A DNA stretch of 64,000 nucleotides from Albugo candida (Eukaryota): assembly GCA_040437565.1 (NCBI GenBank), contig JBDOQK010000065.1, positions 62,001 through 126,000 of the forward strand, read 5' to 3'. A model generated the notes under the pieces. It did no database searches and was not told where the DNA came from. It worked only from the letters and a program-made list of their open reading frames with translations. The stretch's first letter is position 1. The number at the start of each line of letters is the position of its first letter. Made by a program: the position numbers and the translations under genes. Shown piece after piece: positions 1 through 10,899 of this stretch.

Positions 1-1251
1 GCACCGCTCGGTCCGGGAGATCGAGGTACAGGGACTGGATGTGTCGGGTCTTCGGAAGCAATCATGTTGGCCGGATTGGCGCTGAAACGTCGATGGAAAG
101 ACCGTCGCATAGCTGCAGGATTGCCATATGACAAGCCAAATATGGTAATGGGATCGAATGTCCAGGTATGATGTAGAACGGATTGCTTTGTGATATCGGC
201 TAACGTGAAATTCCAAGGTTTGTTGGCACAAAATGTGCAAGTATTTCGAAATTGAGGCTCGAGAAGGTGTGTTTTGGTGACAATGACAAATAGAAAAATA
301 TTCTCAAACGTATTCGTTCATGCAGCGGATGTATCGGAAGATTGTCTTGTACTCACTGCAGAGCGCGCGGTGGCACTAGTGGACGAAAACACAATCGGTG
401 TGTGCGCGATATTGGGAAGCACATTCAACGGCGAGTACGAAAATGTGAAAGAAATTCATGACGCCATGGTTAAAGTGAATCAAGAGCATGGTTGGGGCAT
501 ACCTATTCACGTGGATGCAGCAAGTGGAGGCTTTATTGCTCCATTTCTCAATCCCGAGCTCGAGTGGGACTTTCGTCTTCCCAATGTCAAATCAATAAAT
601 GTCAGTGGACACAAATTTGGGCTTGTATATGCGGGGATTGGATGGGCTCTGTGGCGTGAGCCAGAAGATCTTCCTGCGGATCTTGTCTTTCACGTCAATT
701 ATTTGGGCGGTGATCAATCCTCATTCACCCTAAATTTCTCCAAAGGTGCTGGAAATGTGATCGCACAATATTACAACATTTTGCGCTTCGGATTTCATGG
801 GTATCGTCTGATTATGCGGGCTTCTATGGATACAGCTGCGTATCTACGAAGTGCACTTGTTGCCACCGGCCACTTTCGTATCGTCGACAAGCAGCACATG
901 CCACTAGTTGCTTTCTGTCTGATCAATTCTGAGCGATACAGCTGCTTTGATATCCAAGACAAATTGAGAAGCCGTGGGTGGATTGTGCCCGCGTACAAAT
1001 GTTCCAAAGGTGCACAAGGACTGACCATAATGCGTGTTGTGGTCAAGCAGAATTTTGCATACCATATGGCAAACATGCTGGTGGCAGACATCCTCCACGC
1101 AATCGAACAACTGGAAAAGCATCATGTTCTTGTTTCTGCAGCTATGAAATCATCCGATGGCGCTTCGAACCGATTTCGAGATTTGGCTCATTCGATCCGA
1201 ACCAATTTGGCTCACCAGCATTCCAACGCTCGTACTGGTGGCATTTGCTAA
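1..1251 (+). CDS. GAD: Glutamate decarboxylase (PLP-dependent), 5'-partial, spliced
   Basis: Exons 1-165, 218-266 and 326-1251 (GT-AG introns 166-217, 267-325) give [17 protein letters not shown]...[17 protein letters not shown] and the PLP-lysine motif [11 protein letters not shown]. Confidence 0.95.
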
Positions 1252-1355
1252 GTGTATGGAATGAATGCTTTGATGTCGTAATGTAATCGATGGACGCTCA
1301 GATCTGAGTTGCCGTAATTTACTGTAAAGAGCGGAATAAAGGCCTGTGATTTATT

Positions 1356-2267
1356 TCAATTTATAAAGCGTTCGAAATCGATTCCTTGTATGCTATATCC
1401 TCGCAGTGTTCGCTTGACGATCCTAGCAAATTCGCTTGGATTACTACGAAATAGCTCTGCCGCTTCTGTGGATGATTGTCCTTGTCACATGATTCATTCC
1501 TGCAACAAGTAGAGAGCGTACCTCTATTCAGTGGATCGTCCGAATTAGGTTCATAGAACAGATAGATCAAGCCATAAATGACCGAGTTGATGTCCAAGAC
1601 TGGTTTCCAGTCTTCCCGTAGAATATTTAGACAAACATTCCCATCCAAATCAATGTTCGGATGGTATATCTACACGAAACGATCAGATATCAAAGTGTGC
1701 TCACTGCGTACTTACCTTTGTATGACACCGGACTTTTGGAGGCTCATGAGGATACATCTGCAAAGTACGAGCGTGAGACTCTCTTTGTTGAATACTAGCT
1801 CAGATAGCATACTGGCGGAATCCGAAAGCTAAAATTGTACGCAGCGCCTTTCCAATAGCCATTATCGACTTTTATCTTGACACAAAAATCGAAATCGGTG
1901 CGGATCGCTTTTCATCACGGATAGGATCAGATACCTTCACGTTGAAGACTGTCAAGTCGTTTGTATCGGGAAATGTTACGTTTGCTGCATCGCCACCATC
2001 GAGCTCTGCGATATCTGTACTCGTTTACTCCAACAAGTTTTTCTTTAGGCTGTATATCGAATAGGTCATACCTTTTTGGATTCGAATTTCGCCTGGTGTT
2101 CGTTTCTTTTCCTTACTTCCACCAATGCGTTTTCCTCGACCTACTCCTAGAATCCTGACTGGTTTCGATTTCACATCTTCTATACTGTCTTGCCCCGCAG
2201 TCACTTTATTTGTGGAAGCATGTTGCTCCAATTTCTTCTCTTCTTGTTTAGCTCGAAGCCGAATCAT
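1356..2267 (-). CDS. UBC12: NEDD8-conjugating E2 enzyme (Ubc12/UBE2M), five short introns
   Basis: Splicing joins EIRIQK-DIAELD, YPHEPPKVRCHTK and IYHPNIDLDGNVCLNILREDWKPVL (active-site Cys), ending ...IDFERFIN-TGA at 1356-1358. Confidence 0.92.
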
Positions 2268-2325
2268 CGTATATCGCTCCTACAGATTGGATAGAAAATC
2301 ACTGATTTTGCCCAATACAACTGCT

Positions 2326-4097
2326 ATGACGCATGTATCATTGGCCTTTGAAAGCGATGACATTGTTCCTACACGACGAATGCAAATCGACGAATCCGAT
2401 GGCATACGCGTCGATACCGCATCCATCGATTCATTTTATGATATGAATGGCTCTATTGATATTATAAAAAGTAAAAATTATAAGAAAATCGCTCTCCAGT
2501 TTCCCGATTCATTGCTACGAGATGCTGTCCACGTTCAGCGATTGCTTCAGGTACGCTGATCCTCTCTCACTTTTGCAATATCTCATCCGACGCCGCCTGT
2601 AGGAGCAATTACGCGTGGAGGATCACACATTTGACCGCGTGTTTGTTTTGGGCGATACCTCTTACGGCAGCTGCTGTGTGGATGAGATAGCTGCAACACA
2701 TTTACAGGCCGATTGTGTCATCCATTACGGTCAAAGTTGTATGAGTGCTACGTCATCACTTCCCGTGATTTATGTGTTTGGCAATAAACCGATCGACAAC
2801 GAGCATTCGGTCAAATGCTTTTGTGAGCGATTGATAGATAAAGTCGAGAGACTTTGTTGTGGAAGCGATGTCAATCACAAGATAATCCTTCTATACGACC
2901 CCTTTTACTTGCATGCGATTAAAAGCATCTCCATACAACTCTCAGATTGTATTGAGACGCTGCAGATGACCGTATTCACTGGCCAAACTCGGACATTCTA
3001 TGATCCAATGCAGCCGGATGGAGTTGAGCAGGTCACAAATGGCAACCCGATTTGGATTGGTGGACAAAGTATCCTCTTGCCAGAGGATTGTTCTTTGGAT
3101 GATACGTCACAGCAGAATGATTATATCATTTTATATATCGGAACAGAATCTCAGCATCTCACAAGCATCCTCATGCGATTTAGTTCGATTCAGTGCATAT
3201 CGTACGATCCCAAAGAAAAAAGCCTGCGTGAAGAGGGCTTAAAAGTCAACAAACTATTAATGCGGCGGTCGGTGGTATTAGATGCATCGCGTTCGGCACG
3301 AAATGTAATCGCACTTGTAGCTATTTCTTAATGCAGAAAGCCAAAGAAGCGCGTATTTTTGGAGTTCTCATGGGCACATTAGGCGTCACTCAGTATCGAG
3401 ATATCGTACAAAAGCTGCGAAGCTTACTAGCGCGGTAGAGTATCCTTTGATCTGTCTTTACAGCGTTACTTACCGCTTAGAATGACGCGCAGGAGTGGTC
3501 GGAAGTCGTATTTATTTGTCGTTGGCAAAGTGAATGTGCACAAATTAGCAAATTTCAGTGAAATCGATGCATTTGTGCTTGTCGCATGCCGACAAAACAC
3601 ACTTTTGGATTGCAAAGAGTTCTACAAGCCAATTGTGACACCATACGAGCTGATTGTCGCGTTATCGGAAGGAACAGAATCGTGGAATGCGAATTACAAA
3701 AGCGATTTTCGCGATGTATTGCCGTTATTCCCAACAGCTGATGCACAGGCGATTGAGAAGGAGGAATCGGACGAACCATTTTATTCCTTGATCTCAGGAA
3801 CGTACACGAAGAATCCGCGTACAGATGATACACTTCAGTCTTCCTCGTGTGAAATCGATACCTTTGATGAAGGAACACTGGCGAAATGTCAACGCGGCGA
3901 TCTCCAAGTATATCGAAGCCAAGCAGGTACGAATGCTCACTCAATATGACACCAGACTTGATTGCATCTGTGCAGGCGAGTATCTGTCCCAAAGAGAGTA
4001 TCAGGGCTTGGATCCACGTATCGGTACGAGCCAGGCACATGCAGCTGTAACTGGGAAGAGCGGGATAGCAAGAGGCTACGACCATGAGCAGGAGTAA
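2326..4097 (+). CDS. DPH2: Diphthamide biosynthesis protein 2
   Basis: Motifs KIALQFPD, LGDTSYGSCCVDEIAA, GVLMGTLG, VGKVNVHKLANFSEID and C-terminal GKSGIARGY. GT-AG introns 2551-2602, 3268-3320, 3435-3492 and 3927-3975 restore the frame. Confidence 0.92.
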
Positions 4098-4483
4098 TCG
4101 ACGGCAGCTATAGTTGAGGTTTTGGTAATAGAGAATGGCTGCAAGAAGCATTTGCGGTTGAAATTCGAATCCTTTGTCTCAACGCCATTTTCTTATGACA
4201 GTTGANNNNNNNNNNNNNNNNNNNNNNNNNNNNNNNNNNNNNNNNNNNNNNNNNNNNNNNNNNNNNNNNNNNNNNNNNNNNNNNNNNNNNNNNNNNNNNN
4301 NNNNNGAGCCAGGCACATGCAGCTGTAACTGGGAAGAGCGGGATAGCAAGAGGCTACGACCATGAGCAGGAGTAATCGACGGCAGCTATAGTTGAGGTTT
4401 TGGTAATAGAGAATGGCTGCAAGAAGCATTTGCGGTTGAAATTCGAATCCTTTGTCTCAACGCCATTTTCTTATGACAGTTGA
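4028..4483. other. Scaffold gap (4206-4305) with artefactual duplicated flank
   Basis: 4028-4205 recurs at 4306-4483 across a 100-N gap. Confidence 0.9.
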
Positions 4484-4569
4484 TGCGCTCCATGCGACAA
4501 ATTCGTTTTTGTGACATTACAGACTTCAAAAGTGCTCGTAATTACTTCATTTTAAGACTTTCTCCACGG

Positions 4570-5913
4570 ATGGCGACCAATCTCGTAGCTAAAAGTGTTG
4601 ATGATTACTTGGGCAAGAAGGAAGTGGCACAAGAATCCACGCAGCCTGAGATGAGTTCGACAGAGACCATGAAGGCGATCGTTTGGAAGGGGTCCAAGAA
4701 AGTTGCGTGTGAACAAAAGCCCAAGCCGCTTATCACCCATCCGAAAGACGTCATCGTCAAAGTCACCTACGCGAGTGTTTGCTCGGGTTCCGATTCGCAT
4801 CTATTCTCTGGAGAAATTCCAACTGTCGATGAGGGTTTTATCATGGGCCACGAAGCCTGCGGCGTGATTGACTCACTTGGTGAGGAAGTAAAGAAATTCA
4901 AGCTCGGAGATCGCGTCGTCATAAGCTTTGATATTTCGTGTGGTGATTGCGCCCATTGTAAGCGCGAGGAGTTTTTCGCGTGTGATCGAACGAATGACTC
5001 AAAATTGTGGGAGAAAATGTATGGCGGAACAAGTGCCGGTGCAATTTTCGGGTACTCTCGATTGCTTGGAAACATTCCAGGCTCCCAAGCAGAGTACGTG
5101 CGCGTTCCTTTCGCAGAAGTAAATTGTTATCCCATCCCTCAAAACGTTCCCGCAGAAAAAGCGCTTTTCATTTCGGACGTTCTGTCAACTTCGCTGCATG
5201 CGGTCGAATTGGCTGACGTCGGTGAAGGAGACAATGTGATTATTTGGGGACTTGGACCGATCGGTTTATATGCGGCAAAATGGTGTCAACTGAAGAAAGC
5301 CAACACAATCGTCGGGATCGATACCGTTTCTGAACGAATCCAGATCGCTCGCAATCGATTCAAAATCCAAGTGCTGGATCGAACAGACATGTCTTCTGAG
5401 CAGGTGTTGTGTTCCCTACGCGGATATGTCCCCACAGGAGGTGCCGATGCAGTGATCGATGCAACAGGCTTTCGTTTCTCCCAGACGTGGTGGGATCGAG
5501 TCGAGCGAGCAGTCGGATTAGAAACGGATTCTCCAGAGATTCTGACCGAGTGTTTCAACATGGTACGAAAGTATGGTCGCGTCTCGATCATTGCCGATTA
5601 CATCGGGTACGCTCGTAACTTTCCAATCGGTCATGTTGTTCAGAAAAACTTGACTGTTCGTTCCGGGCAATGTCCCGTGCAAAAGTACTTTCGGTACATC
5701 ATGAAGGCGCTTGAGGACGAGCGTATCGATCCGACGCATATGGTGACGCATCTGATCAAGCTGGATCAAGTCCCAGAGGCCTATGAGAAGCTGTTTTACA
5801 AGGAGCAAGGATACATCAAAGTGTTGATCGATGTCGATTCCAAAGAGGATAAAAAACGTCTAGAGCAGTTGAAGAGTCGACACGAGGCTTCAGACGCTAC
5901 GGTTCCTCCATAA
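4570..5913 (+). CDS. Zinc-dependent alcohol/formaldehyde dehydrogenase-like (MDR family), intronless
   Basis: Catalytic Zn motifs VCSGSDSH and GHE, structural Zn CGDCAHC...C, Rossmann GLGPIG. First plausible ATG at 4570. Confidence 0.9.
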   Translation: MATNLVAKSVDDYLGKKEVAQESTQPEMSSTETMKAIVWKGSKKVACEQKPKPLITHPKDVIVKVTYASVCSGSDSHLFSGEIPTVDEGFIMGHEACGVIDSLGEEVKKFKLGDRVVISFDISCGDCAHCKREEFFACDRTNDSKLWEKMYGGTSAGAIFGYSRLLGNIPGSQAEYVRVPFAEVNCYPIPQNVPAEKALFISDVLSTSLHAVELADVGEGDNVIIWGLGPIGLYAAKWCQLKKANTIVGIDTVSERIQIARNRFKIQVLDRTDMSSEQVLCSLRGYVPTGGADAVIDATGFRFSQTWWDRVERAVGLETDSPEILTECFNMVRKYGRVSIIADYIGYARNFPIGHVVQKNLTVRSGQCPVQKYFRYIMKALEDERIDPTHMVTHLIKLDQVPEAYEKLFYKEQGYIKVLIDVDSKEDKKRLEQLKSRHEASDATVPP

Positions 5914-6139
5914 GGTTTATGATAGGCATAAGTGTGAATAAAGGTGTCGCTTTCGGTAGACGGCATTTTTGAACGAGGCTTGAGACACCGTAACGGCTTA
6001 TTCCAAACCACGAAATCAATACCGACGGATCGAATCGTCCGCGCACAGGGAGAACCGCACATTTCCGCCTTTTCGTCTCGGCCTTTAATTAGAAAATGCG
6101 CACATTTGATCATTTGCCAATTTGACTCCAATTGCGTTC

Positions 6140-7969
6140 ATGACAGTGAGACGAGGTTTGATGTGTGCATTGGCGCTTTCAGCGGTCTTCCAACCGATAG
6201 AGACGCGTCAACTTGAACCCGCCAAAACACAAGGAAATAAATCGGGAAAGCCTGCAGACACCAAGCAGTATTTACGACATGAGCCCATGTCCGAGAAAGA
6301 TCCTGGTCGAGATAATGCGGATAAAGGGAGAGCCGTTGGGTTGCAGGATGTTGACAAAGGTTCTAGCCGTCCAGACAAGAATGCTGGAGGGAAATTGCCG
6401 GATGTTTCTGTTCCCGGAGTCGATCCTGGCGCGCATGAAGTACCATTGAACACTGATACTGATCTTACTACACCACTTTCGACGGATACAACCGCACACG
6501 GAGATGACGCTGGACACACTTTTCCAATCGCTGAAGAACCACTGAAGAATGATACGGATCTCAGTGCACCAATTCCGACAATCCTTGCTAATGACTTGAC
6601 GGACGTTCCATCCAAAGACGCTGTTCCAGACGACATTCACCTCGATGTTGATGCAAATGCGGCGAGTGGTTCCACTTTGAAAACGCAAGGCTCCAAGGCG
6701 GATCAAAGTGAGCCGATAACGCTTTCCGGAGATTCGGCTGTAAAATCGACCGTAATCGACCATGCTTCATCGACGAGTAGCGATGCTAAAGTCGATGAAC
6801 CGATCGTGTCGCATTCGACTGACGATGACAACCTTCCTGTGACCCGTAAGGAGCCGATGACAACTGGTTCGAATTCGGGTGTACGATGGTCCGCGACGGG
6901 TTCAGATGAAGGGGAGAAGGCAGTACATGACGCTCCGGTAAAGAGTGACGTCGAATCACCTTCAGAGAACAGCAGTAAAGGTAGCGATGCTAAAGAACCC
7001 ATTATGGTGCACGACAATATGGTGGGAAGTGATGTTGACTCGGAGAAAGCTGATTCACCGAGTAACGAGCAGAGGACCTCATCGGAACAAGGTTCGGCTT
7101 CTGGTAGTCAAATTGATGGAAACACAACGATTCGTGCCTCTTCTATTGTTGATAACATTACACAAAACGACCTCGTTGTAGATAAACCGGTCGATGTATC
7201 GTCTTCGGAGGGAAGCTCAGCTACTTCACAACCCGTGGAAGACAACGATGTGGCTAAAAATGACGATATAGATGACCTTGTTGTGTACGATGACGTCGAT
7301 ACCACTCCATTGGTTTTGATTCCACCAAAAGTATTCACTCCGCCGACCTTGGATACGTCTTCTGGAGCTTCTTCTTCGAGCAGCAATGACGACAGCAATG
7401 TGGCAATCTCGATCATCAAAGATGTCAGTACAATGTCAAACTTGGCGTCATCCAATCTCGATGACGTCACATCTCCAATCGAGTCGTCTTCTTCCAGCTC
7501 TGGTGTCGTAAGCAAGCCTTTTATAAGTCAAAATGGCCAAACGATTTCAAATTCTGACAATTCGACTCTTATTGATGGCGTTTTGGTCGATCAGTCTTCA
7601 TCGCACGGTGACTGGGATGTGGCTCCATCTTCCGGATCCTTAGTGACGGCCCCGATTCCGCTACGAATAGCTTCCGAGAGTAAGCAATTCGCGTCGACCA
7701 ATAAAGCCACAAATACGAAAGCTTCGTTCGCTGTTGCCGCCATTGCGGGTATTGTCGGTGTCGCAGGAATCATTCTCACGGTATTCGGGTATCGTCACCG
7801 CAGTCAGGACCGTATGAGGCGAAGCACATTATCGCATTCAGCAGTTGGAAATGATGCGGAAACAGAGGAACAAACGGGCTCAATTACGATTGAAAGAGCA
7901 GAAACAGATGCGGAGGGAACAGACATTGAAGGAACATTTACTAACGATATCAGCACGGTCACAGTTTAG
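6140..7969 (+). CDS. Ser/Asp-rich mucin-like type I membrane protein
   Basis: N-terminal hydrophobic signal (MTVRRGLMCALALSAVF), long low-complexity S/D/T region, TM helix FAVAAIAGIVGVAGIILTVFGY followed by RHR, short tail. Confidence 0.75.
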   Translation: MTVRRGLMCALALSAVFQPIETRQLEPAKTQGNKSGKPADTKQYLRHEPMSEKDPGRDNADKGRAVGLQDVDKGSSRPDKNAGGKLPDVSVPGVDPGAHEVPLNTDTDLTTPLSTDTTAHGDDAGHTFPIAEEPLKNDTDLSAPIPTILANDLTDVPSKDAVPDDIHLDVDANAASGSTLKTQGSKADQSEPITLSGDSAVKSTVIDHASSTSSDAKVDEPIVSHSTDDDNLPVTRKEPMTTGSNSGVRWSATGSDEGEKAVHDAPVKSDVESPSENSSKGSDAKEPIMVHDNMVGSDVDSEKADSPSNEQRTSSEQGSASGSQIDGNTTIRASSIVDNITQNDLVVDKPVDVSSSEGSSATSQPVEDNDVAKNDDIDDLVVYDDVDTTPLVLIPPKVFTPPTLDTSSGASSSSSNDDSNVAISIIKDVSTMSNLASSNLDDVTSPIESSSSSSGVVSKPFISQNGQTISNSDNSTLIDGVLVDQSSSHGDWDVAPSSGSLVTAPIPLRIASESKQFASTNKATNTKASFAVAAIAGIVGVAGIILTVFGYRHRSQDRMRRSTLSHSAVGNDAETEEQTGSITIERAETDAEGTDIEGTFTNDISTVTV

Positions 7970-8110
7970 TCCTTTTTAAGAGCTACTTTATATCTGTTTT
8001 CAAGAAGCTTTTTGCAATAAGAATTCCATGCTTTGACGTAAATGTTGCTTGTAGTAAATGTGCTCCGATTGTACAACTGTTTTGTGGTCGAGAAACCCAT
8101 TCAAGGTCCT

Positions 8111-9248
8111 ATGCGCTTCTCTTTGCACCGCGCTATACCCGCATGCAAACCGCTATCCAACGCCATTCGACAACAATGTCGCACAATGGCAACAGTATCC
8201 GACAAAATGAGTGTCCGTGACGCATTAAACACCGCGTTGGATGAGGAATTGGAGCGTGATGAAAAGGTTTTTCTAATAGGTGAAGAAGTAGCCGAATACA
8301 ATGGCGCCTATAAAGTCAGTAAGGGTTTATGGGAGAAATACGGTGACAAAAGGATCATTGATACCCCTATCACAGAAGCCGGGTTCACAGGTTTGGCTGT
8401 GGGTGCGGCGTATAACGATACAAAACCTGTTGTGGAATTTATGACATTTAATTTTGCAATGCAAGCAATCGATCAGATCATCAATTCTGCTGCTAAACAA
8501 TACTATATGTCAGCTGGGGATATAAATGTGCCGATTGTGTTTCGCGGTCCCAACGGCCCGGCTGCAGGAGTCGGTGCGTTCTTTCTGAAGAGCTTTGTAT
8601 CGTTTACTTGATTGTATTTTTGTAGCTGCTCAGCATTCGCAGTGTTATGCAGCGTGGTACGGATCAGTGCCTGGACTTAAAGTTGTGGCTCCGTATGACG
8701 CAGAAGACGCCCGGGGAATGCTGAAAGCTGCAATTCGTGATCCGAATCCTGTTGTATTTCTGGAGAATGAATTGGTGTATGGGACCACATTTCCTGTGAG
8801 TAAGGAGGCGCAAGATAAAGACTTTGTGGTACCATTTGGTAAAGCAAGGATCATGAAGGAAGGAAGCGATGTCACGATTGTCGCATTTTCTCGCATGGTT
8901 GGTTTCGCATTAGACGCTGCCAAGGAGCTTGCAAAAGATGGCATCAACGTTGAAGTCATCAATCTTCGTTCTATCCGTCCTTTTGATCGGGAGGCTATCA
9001 TCAAGTCGGTGAAGAAGACAAGCCGTATTGTAACAGTCGAAGAAGGCTGGGGACAGCACGGAATTGGAGCTGAGATTGCGGGTATTTTGATGGAAACAGA
9101 AGCATTTGACTATTTGGATGCTCCTATGGAACGGGTCACTGGTACAGATGTTCCAATGCCTTATGCAGAAAACCTCGAACGACTTTGTCTACCCCAAGTG
9201 GCAGATATAATCGCCGCAACAAAGCGAACAACGTATCGCAAACTCTGA
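8111..9248 (+). CDS. PDHB: Pyruvate dehydrogenase E1 beta subunit, mitochondrial
   Basis: Basic presequence, [35 protein letters not shown]. Intron 8574-8625 gives GVAAQHSQ. Confidence 0.96.
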
Positions 9249-9393
9249 TGCAATGGTTGCTAATCGCATCTGATTTCAGTCCTAATTTGTCACATTGTCG
9301 GCACTAGCAATTCAGAGAATGATCTCTATTTTTCTTTTCATCACCATACTCCTTTGAGTCTGCTTTTCAACTTTTGACTGCTGCATTGGCCTC

Positions 9394-10841
9394 TTAATGG
9401 TTGGATTTTCTATGTCTGAAAGGCCTCATTATGTGATGAAATATGACATTCCATGTCGTCACTAGTGCCAGAATCATGACGAGATACGTCCCGAAATCTT
9501 CATATTCACGCCCGCAGATCATATACCATTTCTTTTGGTAGGGCAATTCTTGCAGTGGATGATTGCACAGTGTGAAATCTTCGTCATAGTCGTGCACACA
9601 GAGGTATTTGGGTCGGTAAAAGTCGAGATCTAGCCACGACATATACTCTTCGTTTTCGGTGCAGTCTCCGAGCATTTGATGATACCCAACTGATATGATT
9701 TTAGATGGGCTGAAAATGAAGATAGAGACGATTAACGTGAATGAGAATATGTACAGAGCGCGATTGATTGCATGCTTGCTTGCTGAATGAAACATTTGTG
9801 CGTCGTAAGTGCCTATGGGATCGATTTCAGCTTGAACACGTGGATCATCTACATACACATCGATAATGAGAAATAGGGCGATACCTCAGCGACGTAAAGT
9901 GGACCTCTATGGGCGACGGAAATGCAGACGAATAGAAGGCTTATTCCAAGAATTATTGTCACCCACACCTACAGACTGATTCAACGGATTGTGATCACAA
10001 GAGAAACAAGACGCTCACCTGTGGATGAATTTCGAGTAGAAGCACGATCATACCGTAAAACACTGTCAGGAACATACTTCCCAGAAACAAAGAGAAGAAG
10101 ACAATCCACATCACACCAAGCGAATCGCGTCGAATGGTTTCTTGACTGTGACCAAAATCGATGAGATACAGCCTACAAGATCGTGATGAGCCATTGAGAT
10201 AGCCGCACAGAAAGAGATAACGCACTCTCGTATAGCTGTATATGCCCAATGATATGCGAATGAATACAAGTAAAGATGCGCGATAGTCGAAATAGGGACA
10301 TTATACACTCGATCTTGGACGTAAGGGTCTGTGTCATGGAATGTCCACCACAAGAGTTTTGATCCCAATAGCTCAAATGGGTACATAAGGAGCACAATAA
10401 AGAACGCCATTGTGAATGGTTGAGCGCTGATTTGTATTCTCAGTCGACTGGCAGCGATAAAAGAGCTTCGAGGACAACATCACGCAATTGGTTGACGGTG
10501 AAGCAATCGATAAACTCACATATATTGCATTTGTGCGACTAATAACACGTAATAGAGCGGCAGATTGCTTGATAGAGGTATCTAAATTACAATTATGAAT
10601 AAAATCGATAAGTAGCTGTCTACATACATACAATCGCTGCGGCGTGCCATCGCCTGGTGTCATATATAAACAATTCCACCAGAGCCATTTGGATCGCCAT
10701 TGAGAGCAGTAAATGCACGTTACGTTTTCCGGAAACAAACGCATGTTTCACAACAAGATATAATGTGATATAAGTCATCCCTTCAACAGCCAACAATGAC
10801 GGATTCTCATGCAAAAGGCTCAACATTCTGCTGAAAACCAT
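9394..10841 (-). CDS. Multi-pass membrane protein of unknown function (DUF7802-like), multi-exon
   Basis: Hydrophobic ORF pieces in several frames, separated by intron-sized gaps, with the motif LLWWTFHDTDPYVQDRVYNVP. Start codon and exact exons are uncertain; family recalled from memory. Confidence 0.55.
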
Positions 10842-10899
10842 CGAAACGTATAGAGAACTGTCGAGTAGATTAATATCATAAATATGCAGTAATATTGTA

